DNA from: Vicugna vicugna
Lineage: Eukaryota
DNA: 64,000 bases
Direction: 5' to 3'
Assembly (NCBI GenBank): GCA_013265495.1
Contig: MU058065.1
Location: forward strand, 7,998,302 to 8,062,301
Shown here: in pieces, positions 49,211-63,000 of the stretch
Layout: every line of letters starts with the position of its first letter
Position numbering within the stretch: the first letter of the stretch is position 1
Translations under genes and position numbers: made by a program
The notes under the pieces: generated by a model
What the model was told of the DNA's origin: nothing
Databases searched by the model: none
Seen by the model: only the letters and a program-made list of their open reading frames with translations

Positions 49211-49568
49211 TTCAGGAGTTAGGCTTTATCCAGAGGCCCGAAGTTTCCCAGCCCAGTGCCGAAGACCCTAGGCCCCACACAAAGCAGATCTGAACTCTAC
49301 TGTATCCCCTCCCTCGGCAAAGACCCCTCCACCACCGTTCAAATCCCCAAGCATACTTCTGGCCTGTAAGTCCACCTTCCTGGTGGCCAGGGGGGATTCC
49401 AGGACTCTCCCAGGCACTTGCACCTCAGACAGGGGCCAAAGAAGCATCCTTTCACTGAGCCCGAGGGGTTAGTTAATGCTCCAGCAAGGCCTTCTGCAAG
49501 CTCTGGAAACACTGGATGGCAGAGACGGGCACACAGATAAATGCATACTCAGGGCTGCAGGCTCCAGG

Positions 49569-49801
49569 CAGGGCCAGCCTGCTCATCAGGCCAGCCAGCA
49601 CAGTGCCCAGGGCCCTAGGAAATGCTTTCATTTCTTTTAAAATCAGAAGAAATAAATAAACTTTTAGGTCAAAGCAAACGTCTTCATAGAACACTGATAC
49701 CTTCACAGTTATAAAATACGATTTCAGAATATTTTCTTGTGGGGCAAAGGTCCCACAAAGGCAAACATGTCTTGGGCCCCCAAAAGTCATAACATCGCCC
49801 C
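49569..49801. mobile_element. hAT-like MITE (MER96-like; family name tentative)
   Basis: cagggcc..gcacagtgcccagggccc..tttcttttaaaatcagaaga..gggcccccaaaagtcataa. Confidence 0.5.
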
Positions 49802-52508
49802 ACTCCAGGTCCCAGAAACCAGGGCTCAACTGGGCAGTCCTCTCCCAGGAGGACAGAGGTGGCTTCCCATTCTGAGATGTCCCTGACTGCTCTGAGGTGA
49901 AGGTCAGTTTGTCCACCCTCATGGGGGCCACCTGGGTACAAGGGTATGTTTCATTCCATTCCTTTACTGATTTCACCACTGCCAATGACAGTGCCAATAA
50001 GATGAGGAAATCCACGGGCCCGGCTTGCTGACGCACACACTGATGCCCCAAATCTTGAAGTAGAAGAGGGCAGGGACACGCAATCGTTCACTGTGGGAGA
50101 TCAGAAAGGCCTGTAGGCTGAGAAAAACCTGGATTCCTTGACTCTTCCTACTCCCAGCCAAAGAGGGTCAAGAATTCAGCCTCCAAAGTCCACACTGAGC
50201 TGTGCAGCCCTAGACAAGTTACTTAAGCTCTCTGTGCTCATCTGTAAAATGTGGACAAACAGGACCCCCTCCAACGGGTGGCAGGTAGGATTCCGAGGGA
50301 TGCTGCATGCACTTACGGTGCCGGGTGCCCAGGGTGGGCCCTCAGCTGCTTCCTTTGCTCCCCACACTCAGGGAAGCACCCCCAAGGCACCCCCACACTC
50401 TGCGGGACGAGGACATTATCACACCTTACCAAGGGCTGCCCATACATCCTCTTATAGGTGACAGAGCGGGCCGCAGGGAAACATTCCACATGGAGAACTC
50501 CAGCTAGAGATGGAATTTGCCCTCAGAACAAAAATACCAAGTTGCATTTTTTTTTCTGCCGAAGAGGGTTAGGTTCAGAATAATATTTACTAAGCACCAC
50601 TTATGCATGCAGCTCCGTGGGCTGCAGTGCAAAGGTCACCCTAAGAAACAGTTCTCAGCAACCCAAACTGCACAACAGGAAAAGCCTCCAGGCTTAGAGA
50701 CGGCTGATGGAGACCTCCGAGACCCCTGGACAGAGGTCCCCAGAAGGAGCAGTAAGCAGAGGCTGTTCGCCTCTGCCCAGCAACCCAGGAAACAGGTCAA
50801 CGCTGAAGCAGGGAGTTTCCCGATTACACACAGAAGGTCAAGCTTTTCCAAAGAGAAGTGGGGGAGACAATAGTGGGGAGAAGAGTCTCAGCCTCATTTG
50901 TGGAAGGCTTGAAGAGCTGGGAGACGTCCCGTCCTGCAGTAGGTGCCCTGCCACACCTCCCGCCGGATGCCCCCAGAGGACAGCTGGCAAGGAGAGGCAG
51001 ATGGAATGAGAGGAAATGGGTGAGTTGTCCCATCTTACAGACAGCAAGCCCGAGGCTCAGAAGGCCCACCCTCTGGGAGCACACACACAACATCTCCACA
51101 TCATCCCAGGTGCTTCCCGATCAGCATAGGGTCCCCACACTGCCCTTTGACCCAGCCTTATGAATTGAGCCAAGGAGGGCAGTTGGAAGGGGACTCTCCA
51201 GGAGCAGAAAGCTGTCTACTTCCATGCCTTAATACTCTGGTTTTAAAACTTAATTTTGGCACGGCCCCCTCCCCCTCAATATCATCTCTTTTGATGGTAG
51301 TGCTGACAACCTTACCCAATGAATGAAGACCCTTGTGTCCCACAGACCCTTCTCGTGAAAACTCATTTTCTTCTACTATGATGCTCTGACCTCTTCTCCA
51401 TTTGAGAGTTGGAAATTCCTGATCTGGGGAGCCTGAGAGCACTCGGAGGAAAACAAGCCTTAAGAATCTAATGGCACTCCCCAATTCCTTCCTGCCCAGG
51501 GTGCGAGGCATCTGTCCTCATGCAGGCCTGGTGAGAGAAGACCGTTTCCCAAAACCATCACGCATCTTCTTATCAGGTTAACTGGTCTCCTTTCTTTCCT
51601 CTTTTCTTTATTCTGAAGAAACCCTAGCCATTTTCCCACCTTCTCCCACATCTGTCTCATGATTACTTGGGAATCTAAGAGCTGGGGGCACCAGAGATGA
51701 TCTAACCCAACCCCAAGTCCATCACTCCCTCCAGGGGACTCAACTCCTTCTACAGGTAACAGCATTCCAGGCCCTCCGAGAATGGATTCCAAGTAACAGG
51801 CCAGGGGACCACTGGCTGCTCTCCTGGTTCCACCCTAGCTGAGCACAGAACATTCACAGCTCCTTTGTTGATTTCTCCCAAAATGCACTTAACCTTGACC
51901 TATGTTGAGCAAAAGAATAAACACTAACTACCATCTTCCTCCTCCCTCCCAGACAACATCTCCATTAATATCCATGGCAGTGGACAATTCATTCACAAAC
52001 TCGAATGGGCAAAGAACTCCAGGAGTTCAAAAGGCCTGAATTCCAATCCTGGCTTTGCCACTTCAGTTCACTCATGATTTTGGCACAGCCCTTTAACCTT
52101 GCTGAGTTCTAATTTCTCAAATCTGAAAAATGAGAACAATAATCCTACTAAAATGAAGGCTGCTACTTAAACAGGATACAGCATGAGCACCACCCAAACT
52201 CCCAGTGTGGGCAGAATCAGGCTTTAGGAGAAAAGTGCAAATGCTCTAGTTCTTGAGTGGGTATATTTACTAAGCACAGGGGAAGGGTGGGTGATACCTG
52301 ATCTGCAGAATGGCCAAATGCATGGGAGGCAGGGTAGGATGAGTTATGAGAGCTCTGCACTACCATCTATTTACATACGCTGTTTGATTCTGTGGATTGT
52401 ATAAATTCAGCATGTTGTTAAACATCACAGCTCTCTGCCATCTGATGGAAGTTCTTGGGCAGGGATGGATTTCCCTAAATGAGTTTAACTTTGTTTATAC
52501 AATGTACA

Positions 52509-52590
52509 GGAAGGAAGGAAAGAAGGAAGGAAGGAAGGAAGGAAGGAAGGAAGGAAGGAAGGAATGGAGGGAGGGAGGGAGGGAAGGAAG
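52509..52590. repeat. (GGAA)n/(GGGA)n polypurine microsatellite, IGFBP2 intron 1
   Basis: Directly visible. Confidence 0.92.
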
Positions 52591-53807
52591 ACAGGTAGGG
52601 ACTCATACCTGCCATGCATGCACAGGTGAGGGAGGGCTCACAGGCAAACTAACCAACACACAGGGGAAGCGGCTTCGTTGAAGAGAATCTGAAGCCAGTC
52701 CCTTTGGATGGCTGACTGCGGTCACCTAACTCCATCTAGCATGTGGCCAGTCTGTTCAATAACATGGCCCACCAAGAGCCCCGGGTGGATAATTCAGGCC
52801 ATGCTGGGAGGAAGGGAGGCAGGGAAAGAAGTTAAAAATGGATGGGACAGAAAGGGGGCCTATTTGTTATTTTGCAGCTACAGTTAAACCTGAAGTCCTT
52901 AGTCTCTCTGGGTGAGGGACACTGTATAAAAGATTGCTCCACCTTTTGTTAAAAGGTCATGGGCAGCAGGCAGCAGCGGCCTCTCACGCTGGAATCCTGA
53001 GTAGGGCGTGCACAGATGTCTGCAGTGGTGACATTCCAGCTCAGCTAATGACATTCTCCCAGTTGGGCCATCCACCCCTTGCTGATCTCCAGCTTCATTC
53101 CAAACTCCCTACCCTTTCTTTCCCACCCTCTGAGCCCCTCCCTGCTCCCTGCAAGAGAGCCAGCTAAGCAAACCTGACGTCTCTAGATACCACAACGTTC
53201 TGGGAGAAATCCCTCTGACCACAGACCAGTTGTTCTTTGGCCTGGTTTTTGAACAAAAGAAGGTGGTGCTTCCTCTCTGACATCCCCCTGCATAAGGGAA
53301 TGGCTGCAAACAAGCAGCCTCCTGTGTTCTCAGTCCACGAGTTACCCAGGTAATCCTATCACACAAGTGCAGGAACTGGCCTTTCCCACCTTGGGACCAT
53401 CTCCCTGTACCCACAGCTGCCATTGGCCCATCAGCTAGGAAAGTGCAGCAGAGCTGGGGAACTGTGGAGGGGGCTGGCCAGTAGGCACCAGGCTCCCGTC
53501 CTCATCCAGGGAAGGAACTGCTGCTGGAGACGACAGCCGTGATGGACAACAGGACAGGGAGCTGACGACCTGCCGAGCCATTCTGAGTCCTCCTTGGATT
53601 CCCTTTGGAACGGCAGGTCCCAGGCTCAAAGCCTCAGCCAACCAGCTCTAGTGCAGCAGGAAGAGCAGCGCTGGCTGGAAAGGCAGACGCCCAAGGTCCT
53701 GACCCTGCTATTACCGCCAGGCCTGGGATTCTGAGCGATGCCGGGCTGGGCATTTCAGATGTGGAGACTTCACGGGGCTTGGCTGTAAATTCAGGGAGTT
53801 AGACCAG

Positions 53808-53960
53808 GGGAAGGGTTCCCAACTGTAACTGCTCATGAAATCATCTGAAGCGCTTGCTAAAAATAGAGTCCTAGACTCCAGCCCCAGAGGTTCGGAGATC
53901 ACCAGCCTGGGTCGGGGGGCAGGACGCTGTATTTTTAACACCCTCCCTTCAAGCTCAGGC
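53808..53960. mobile_element. MER5-family element
   Basis: atcatctgaagcgcttgctaaaaata..ccccagaggttcgga..tgtatttttaaca. Confidence 0.55.
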
Positions 53961-54599
53961 ACTTCCAGGGTCCCATTCCTTTGTGGTTCCTGCCTCAGTT
54001 TCCCGAAGAATTTCTTGGTGATGGGAGAAAAATGCTTCCATTCAAGAGATACAGCTTCACCTATACACTTGGCAAAGACGAAGCCGCGTAAGCTCCTTGC
54101 ACCAACTGACGTGGGTTTATAAACAGATGCACGTGTATGCCCGGATGCACCCTTCTTGATCGGGCGTCATGGAGGTTTCCAGAGCACGCCCTCCCATTGC
54201 TGTCTCATCTCGGGCTCCCCCTGAGTGAGCAGAGATAGCACAGCCTCTCCAGAGCCTCCCCGCCTGTGCACCCCCACAAAGAGCCTCTTCATAAACACCG
54301 GGGTCATTCCTGGAGAGGGTCAAGGCTGAGGCAGACAATTTGAGAAAACAAAAACACGTTCAAATGCAGCCACAGGCCTCTGGGGCCCCGCGAGCCAAGC
54401 TGCCCTTGAAGAGCCAGAGAAAATGACATGGACGTGGCCAGCTATCAGCTTTCACTCCTGCCCTGGGCCCCAAACACTGCGCATCTGGTTCAACTAAAGC
54501 CACCTGAGAACCTGGCAAGGGGACCTACCTGCTGACAGCCCAAGTGAGCGGGGAGTAAGCTCTGGTGCAACCATGGACCACGGGCTTTGGGGAAGAATA

Positions 54600-55120
54600 T
54601 GCCTGACCCGCAATTCTCCTTCTCTCAGATGTGGGCACAGAAACGTTTGTTACAGCATCATTTGTACTTGCCCAAACCTATCAGCAACCAGATCCAAAAA
54701 CCCTTCAATAGGTGAATGGATAAATAAAAGCAGAGGGGTCGTGCAATGGAATAATATATGGCAGTTAACCTGTGTCTATCAAAGTGAGTAGATCTCAAAA
54801 ACCTAAAGTGGCAGAATGAAACCTTTCAAGGACATTTTCAATTTATTTTTGGAGAACAACTCTGAAACACTGGTCATCCATTAGCAAATCTGTTTAGCTA
54901 AGAAAGGGAAACACAAATAATGCTAGTGGTTGCCTCTGGGGACGAGGCGCAGGGAATGGGTAGCTGGTATGGAGGGCTATTCAGGGAAGCTTAAAAAAAA
55001 AAGACTTGAAGCAAATGTGACAACAAAATATCGACTGCTCCCAGCTGCGGGTGATAGATGGGCATTATTATGTTATTCTTAACACTTTTCTCCATTATTT
55101 AAGTTTTCTTTTAAAAAAGT
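54600..55120 (+). mobile_element. Old L1ME-type 3' region
   Basis: tgacccgcaattctccttct..ccttcaataggtgaatggataaataaa..agtggttgcctctgggga..attatatgttattct. Confidence 0.65.
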
Positions 55121-58100
55121 CACCTCTCTCACTCCATCCACTCCTCACCCTTATTGTCAAGCAGAGGTATCAGTAAATACGGGGTGCCCCTTGAACCCCA
55201 CAGGCTGGAAGAAGACAGAACAACAGTGACATGGCCAACTTCATTGCCACTGTCCAAGGTCAGTGTCACTAGGGCCACCTGCCTACAGATCAGACTGACC
55301 ACGGGCTCCCGGCCAGGTCTCTGCAGCATACAGAACTGGGAAATGAGTCAGAGGAAAGATTCGCGGAGAGGGGAAGAGGGCCACAGGATCAAGGAGGGGA
55401 AGATGCGGAATTGCCACTTGAGGGCCCCTACTGCCCACTGGAAGGGAGACAGCTGTTCTGGCTTCTTAAGGAGCAGAGAGGTGGCAGCCTTAAACTGAAA
55501 CAGGAGAGACCCAGATTTGGAGCTACCCAAGAGTTTCACGGGAAGAACTAAAACAAGCGACAAACTGCAGGTGGGAAAAAATGACACATCTCCCGCTGCT
55601 ATGGCTTAGGCAGAAGCTTTTGGAGAGGAAAGGGATGGACAATGCAGCCTCCAAGTGTCCAAAGGCCACTTGATTGAGTGGATGACGGGCATCCCCGGGC
55701 CAAGCACTCTTGTAATTGGACTCTACTACCTCCACAGCTCTCTAGCCTGAGTGCCCTGGCAAAAAGCCAAGGGTCCATGCTTTCCCTTCCTCCTCCAAGG
55801 GAGGGAGCTTCACGAAGACACAAACTTGGACTTCGCTTCCACAGAGCTTTTAAAAAAAAAAGTGCACATCGTGAAAGGAGGGCAAGAAGGGAGACACTGT
55901 GTGTGCTTGATGGGCTTTTTTGGAAGAAGATTGTGCTTCCATCCTCCAAGACTGGAGAAGCAGACACTTGTCAAGCTTACGATTCTCTGACTTCTGTGAC
56001 TTTATTCACCAAGAAGGGGGTCTCATTATTTCACATCAAGATCTTCCCGAAAGCCACCTCTTTACTTGCATGAGATTTATATACACCTCTACTGACTTGG
56101 TTTCTTCTTAGACTATCTTTTAGAATGCTTTTCTTGCTCCCTTCCAGGTGCAAAAAGCATGTGCCACAAGTGTATGATAATTGCATCGTATATAGTTAGT
56201 CTCACACCTTGCACACAGTGTTCGGTCCGTGGTTAAACACTGGGAAAGCTGACTATCTAAAGAGTATCCCACTGCTCTCTGACCTAGAGTATCCTGTTAG
56301 ATTACTTCTTTTTCTCAGTTTTCTAGTCTCCCTCACCATCTAAGCCCCAGAGTAGCAAGAGAGGTTAGGATTGAAGAGAAGCAGTGAGCAAACATAAGTA
56401 TGAGATGGGAGAGGAAGGCCACGCCCCTCTACCAGGACCCACATTCCAAAAGCTCTCCCTACACTCAGCTCTGACACCAGCCCACCGATCAGCTCCCGTG
56501 GAACTACACAGGCTGGGTCCCACCCACCCCTCTCCTCCCACCCTCCCCTTCTGCTGCCTCTCCTCCATCCCCAGAAGACCACTCCCAGATACTCCAGGCC
56601 TAACAAGCTGAACCCAGGGGATGCAAAAAGAAACTAAAAACCTGCAGAGATGTCCGGGATTGCTGGCCACACTCTCAAACCAGTGCAAGAAGTGTCCTGA
56701 ATATAAATAAGTGTCTTTAAATAGGTCACCATGCTTTCTTCTGCTTCAATGGAAAGTTCACTAACTTTGTCTGATATAATCCTGCAGCACATCAGTTGTC
56801 TTCCTTGGTTATGCTCTCTTGGTTCAGAGGCAGCCAATGAACTAGAGATAACCAGCAGGGCCTCAAGTAATAATCTTCACTCTGGGGCATGAATGGGGTC
56901 TGCAGTCAGCCATTGGGAGAACCACAATGAGTAACTAACCGTGGCACCAAAGGCCGTGACTGCCTTCTGGAAAACCGGCCACCGCTGACTCCATCCATTC
57001 TGAACTTTCCAAAGCCAAGGGCAGCTGTCCAGGTAAGCCACACCCCTTGGAAGAAGCCACCCCTCTCTGCAGGATTCTTAAGTGCCTCTTCTTAATAAAC
57101 GAGGCCAATCAGAAAACACTGAAAAATAGGCATTTGCCTTCTCCTGTTCTGTGTTGAGATCAGAGGGAGAAGGAAGGAGCGGGATCAGGACCTGTATGAC
57201 ATCACCCAATTATCTGAGTTTCCAACCTGACCGTTTCTGTGCTAAGTGGTTCATGTATGTAACTTCGTTTCATCATCAAGCAATCACATGGGATTGATCA
57301 TTTCTAATCCCCTCTCACACTTGACAAAGAAGCCACAGGGTGTGAGGCCAATGGCACAAAATCACGGAGCAACGGCAGAGCCAAAACCAACTCCCAGGTG
57401 GTTTGACTCCATAGCTCTTCACCAGCCAGAACGACATTTGGTCACTGGCATCATGAAGCCCTTTGAACCCCAGGGCTCGCTTTCTACTGTTCCCCATCAC
57501 TTTGCCCTTTCCCACCGCCACAGGACCCCCCCTCGTCTTCCCTGGGAAGGAAGTCAGCAGTCCTAAGCCAGCAGGCCCCACCCGACTTCAAAAACCTTTA
57601 GGATCCGGTAAACTCCTGCCTCCCCACGCTCCTTTATCTTGCCTGACACACCTTTTGCTGTTGCTATAGAAACTACCCAGCATTATCAGGTAGTTGCAAG
57701 GGCAGGGCCCAGGGGAACCGCCATTTCCATTTTATCTTGGCCTCAGGCCCTTGAGAAGGCAAGTTCACCGTCCACTGGCAACTTGGCACCTCCATCCAAA
57801 AGTCAAGACAATAGACCTAAAAGAAACTTCCTGGGGAGTTGCATAAAGGAACATTTTTGAGAAGTTATGCCTTAATTACTACCTCCCAGGGAAAAGGAGA
57901 TTTTCCAAGCAGCAGTATATAATTCACTGCTTCTCTGCATGTGTGAGTCTGATGGAATGGAGCTCTGGAATGAGACTCTGGAGACCCAGACTCCTTCTGG
58001 TCTGTCCATTCTGGTCTGTACTTGCCTTGGCATTTGAACTTGAACGTGGCCTCAACTGTTTCATCTGTCAAGTGGGGAGAATCTTGAGGCTAAAACAACC

Positions 58101-59935
58101 GGGGGCGGGGGGGGGGCTGCTGAAACACCTATGTGCATTTGGGTAGAAGTGGAGGATGTCTAGAAAAAAAGCAATTTAATTATGACTATTTTGTCATGTA
58201 CCCTTTGAGACAGACCCTTTGCTCACTGCATCCCTACAATCAACTTGGATTCCTCTAGCTGGGAGGCCCTCATCTCCTCAACCGCTATCAGGATGGAACC
58301 CTTGAGCCTCCCCAACTCCCACCTCCCCAGTTTACCCAGGCCTTCCTGGGCCCAGTGTCCCTCCCCTCAGCAATTCCCTGCTCCTAGAGCCCAGTTCCTT
58401 GAATGGACACAGGCTGACACACCTACACCCACCCACTAATTAGAAACCTCCCCAGGCTCTGCTCAAGGCCAACTTCACTAGGGCCTGTGGGCCAATTCCC
58501 CAGTCCAGCAGCGGGAGGCCGGCCAGCCCCTGCCCCCTCCGCCCCAATCTTCACTCCTGCCCTGCCTCCCAACAGCCAGGAAGAGATGTGGGGCTGGCGG
58601 CCAGAAGGGGCCCTGAGGGCTGCCAAGTGCCCCCCTCCTCCCCAACAGAAAAAAAAAGGAAAGGAAAGGAAAGGAAAGGGAGACAATTCCTGACTACAGC
58701 CGACTCTGTATTTCTTTCCGGGGGAGCCAGCTTTCTGCGCAAGGTCTCCCTCTGCGTTCTGACTGACACCCAGGAGCTGAGCCAGCCCAGATCTTCCCTG
58801 GCTTTGTTAAGGAACAGGAGTGGCCCAGGAAGGGGAGGGGAGGGTCAGAGATGGGAGCCAAGTGGGAGGAGGGGTATAGGGACATGGTCCATCTTCCAGG
58901 AGGAAAAAATCTCCCAAAGTGCACCCACTCTGCTCATAGTGAGGGGGACGGTGGAGGCAGTTACTCTGGAACCTGAAAACCAACAGATTTCTCTGGACCC
59001 ACCACCCCACCTGTCCCCATCCCCCACCCCCACTCCTCAGAGTCCTACAAGACTGTCCACCCCAGATTCCCAGTAACAAATGCTCTGCTTTGTCCCAACT
59101 ACACTGGGTTTCACCACAAGCATCGGTTGACTGACCCCTGAAGACTCAAGCATCCATCTTTTCTGCTTCCTGGAGCCTCGACTCCATCAGACACTTGACA
59201 AGAGCCATGTCATGTCATGTCACTGTGCCCAGACAGACCACTCTGAGGGCTTTCCAGGACGAGAGGTGGAATCAGACATTAGGAAGAACCTCAGTGCCCA
59301 GAAAACACTCCCCCGACCTGTTAAGGGCCCATCAGCCCTCACTCTACTCAGGAGTGAGGTAAATTCTGGAGACAGCATAGTAAGGAAACAGTTTTTGGAT
59401 AGAACATCCAGTCTCTTTGCCAGGATCATGTTCAGCTTTCTGGCACCTAGGCTCAGACAGGATGGACCTGGAAAGCCCACTTCCCCAGAACAGGAAAACG
59501 GGCTTCCTAGGGTCTTCGCTGGCTGCCCTGACAACACAACTGCTCACACTGCACACGCTGTACCTACCAAGTGCGTTAACACCAGCTGGCTCTGACCCTC
59601 TTCTGCTGAAGCCTGGGTCCTGTGGAGGCCAGATGTGGAGGAAAGTGCTTCCCACCCCTGAGATGTGGCCTCAGGGACTCTCCAGTCCTCCAAAGCCAGC
59701 AACCGGAGGGCTGGGTCTTAGAGGCCTGCTGGGCAGGTGAAGGCGGGGCTCAGCTCCGTGTCACCTGCTTCGGAACAGCAAGGCCAGCACAAGTACAGTG
59801 TCCCCCACAGTCCCTCCACCCCCATTCTAGGCACTACAGTGAAGTTCCCAGAGGAAGAATGGTCAGTCCCAGACCCTCGTGCTCGGGCTCTAAAGAGCAT
59901 CGCCTAACTCATCCACAAAAGGTACAAGCCCAGGG

Positions 59936-60043
59936 TTGGAGTGGAGGGTATAACTCAGTGGCAGAGCGCATGCGCAGCATGCTCGAGGTCCTGGGTTCAA
60001 TCCCTAGTACCTCCATCAGACATAAATTCTAATTTTAAAAAAA
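59936..60043 (+). mobile_element. Vic-1-type tRNA-Ala-derived SINE
   Basis: ggagggtataactcagtggcagagcgcatgcgcagcatgctcgaggtcctgggttcaatccctagtacctcca. A box 59951-59961, B box 59994-60004. Imperfect TSD aaaaggtacaagccca / aaaagtgcaagccca. Confidence 0.85.
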
Positions 60044-63000
60044 GTGCAAGCCCATGGACCTCAGACCATTTGTTTACTGCCAACTGGGTTTACACTGCAT
60101 TTAAAGTACAGTCTCCTTATCCGTTCTACAAACAGCTCCACTAGACTGCAAAAGGATGTCCGAGTTGAGGATGCTTCCATTTTATAGGAATCAACTGACT
60201 CATTACGAAAAAAAAAAAACCCAAGTGCTTAGTTTTATATGTATTATCTATCTTTACACGCATGTGTGCACACACACGAATGCAGGCATGGCCCTATGGA
60301 GTTGGTGCCACGTGGAGTTGATTCTTCATTTACAGATAAGGAAACTGAGGCTCAGGTGGCGAGTACGTGGCAGGAAACTGGGGTTTGAACCAAAGCCACT
60401 TCACACCAGGATGAGGCCCCTCAATGCCTGTACAACCTTCAGAGACAAGTGGCCTGCCTGACACGGCCAGTTTGGCCCTCGTTTTAAAGGCTGGCTGACT
60501 AATCGTCAGAGAGGAGATGTTGCTTGCCAAGATTAAGGCAGCTAGCGTGTGTGAGAACCTACTATGTGCCAGGCACTCTGCGTCAAAGTAGCTGCCTTCA
60601 CATGTACCCCATTTGAGAGATCCAGTCATCCCCATTTCACCAAAGGACAAGAACCTGGCCCACCTTCACTCAGGTTCTCAGACAGGCCTGCACTGGAACC
60701 CGGGTCCATCTGCCAGCAAAGGCCAGCTGCTTCCACCACCATCTGCTGCCCACTAGCTCTTCTCCCCAGAGGTCTGTCCTGGGGCCCTTCTGTCCCTCCT
60801 GACCACTCCACGCTAGCCACTTCCATTTCTGAAGTCCCCAGGCTCCAGGACTCGGGCCTCTCGAAAGAGTTGAGGGAATGCAAATAATTAAACTGTGGCC
60901 CAAACATCACCTGCACGTGGAGTTGTCCAGGAACAAACTTTCTGGCTGATGGAGTCAAAGCCTTTTTCTGCCAACAGCCCCCACTCCCTTGCCTGGCCAT
61001 GGAGGCAGCAGGGTGCAGAGGACAGGCAGCCAGTTAGCTTCTCAGCAGGTAATGATTACCCACCTGCTAAGGGGGCCCCTTCACTGAGCCCAAGTCCGTA
61101 TCTGTGAAACGGAGGTAAAAAGCCTCCCTTGCAGAGATGTTGTAAGACAGGAGACAAAGCCGGCAAAGAAGCCAGTTCCTAATAGGATGAGGACAGATGG
61201 GAGGCTGCCTGCCATCTCAGCGAAACGCTGGCCAGGGATAGCAAGGAGAAGCAGCGGGGCCCAGAACACCTACCAACCAGTGGCGGGCGCCGCCACTGCA
61301 TTAGAAGTACAACCTCACTCCTCTGTGCTCTGTTTTTGATGGAAGCAGCCCTAGCAGGAACCCCCTTAGGGGATACGGCCACTTCTCCACCCACAAAGTC
61401 TGGACCCTACATGGCCAATCAGGTGTCCTCCTCATTTGAGGGTTAGCTTTGTTTTAAACATGCCAATCCCCAATCATCTACATGGTCTCCATCAACTTGG
61501 ACCCCTGAGGAAGTCCGGGACAATATATTTCTCGTGTCATTTTCTCGAGCCCTGCCCACCTGCTTAGCATCCAGCCAGGTGTTCTAGAGTCACAGCAGGA
61601 GAGGTATTGGAGAGAACAGTCCAGAGGGGCCTGGGAAGACAGGATGGAGAAAGCAGAGAAGAAAAAGGGGAGCTGGGAACACAGGGAAGAGAGAGACTAA
61701 AACTAAATGCAGTCCCTGGATATGGAGCCTATTTAAAAATAATGATGATAACCGAGCCCTTTTTCTTCCTGGTACAGTGCTGGAGTACATGAGGAGGACC
61801 AACAACAAAACCAAATGTGAGCATAGCCTGTTCATTCTCTGCCCCTCCTTCATTCCCTTTAGTAGCAGCTCCTGCCCTGTCCCCCACCACCCTGAGGTAC
61901 CGTAGTCCTGTTCTGCATTTCATTAGAACCAAGAATTTTCGGAACTTGCTCATATCAAAACTTAGCAATTGTGTGTTCCATTTTCTATGGCAGAGGATAG
62001 CTAATCCGAGAATCAACTAGAAGGTAACCTGATAAATGGACCAGAGAGCAGTGATGCTCTCAAAGTCAGCCCTCAGGGTCAGACAGTGGGTAATTGAATG
62101 CACCCTTACACTCAAGAATGCTGCAGGCACCTCTATGGGACTAATTTCCACGAAGCCCCCTAACCCAAAGGAGTGATGTGCCTAAAAAGTTTATTTTAAA
62201 GCTCAGTGCTAAGGTAAACTAACAGAACCATCTAAGCTTCCCTTTTCCCTTTGCCTGCCAGGAAACTCAGTGGTCCAGTTAAGCCAAGAACAACTTCATA
62301 ATTAGACCCTCATGTTCACAGCAGATGGGTTCTTCTTCCACCCTATTCTAATTCAGACTTCTGACCTCTAGTTTTGTCTTTGTAAGATCTTTTGAAACTA
62401 TTACACAGGATTTTTTTTTTCCTCAAGCTTCCTCAAATACCTCACTGAAGGAATGGATGGCATCATCATTACTACAGAAAGAGACCCATCTCAGTGAACA
62501 CTCTGATCATGAGTAGAAGGTAAGGAGACTGCAGGCAAAGACTCGAACACTGCCTGCCTCTGCCTGGTGGATTCGGACCATGGAGCCACACCCTCCAGAC
62601 CAGCCCTGCCTCCAAGTCACAGTGCCCAGAGCCACACCGGGCTTGGTCCTAGAGTCAAGAACTGCAGGTCTCCAGTCTTCCAAGAGGGACCCAGGAGCAG
62701 CTGCCCTCCAGTCCCCCATCTCCCCCTTCTAACACATGAGAGTGACTCAGCGAGAGTGGCTTAGCAGGGCCAGTTCTGAGTGTTCTGTCCAGAAAAGGCG
62801 GGGGGGGGAGGTGCGGAAGGTAGTGGTGTTAGCAATCAATGACAGTGGGTCCCACTCTTTCCTCAAGACTATTTTACGACTTCGAACTCAGTATGCAAAT
62901 TTATGCAAGACAAGATGCAAAGCAGCACTTGGAGCCAGAAGTCCCATTGCTTTTCTCCCTCTTCTTTGAAGCTGCACTGAACCACTGTAAATCAGCCCTC

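Noticed and set aside
59941..60016. tRNA-Ala gene
   Set aside because: A-rich tail, TSD-like flanks and a second similar copy indicate a SINE.
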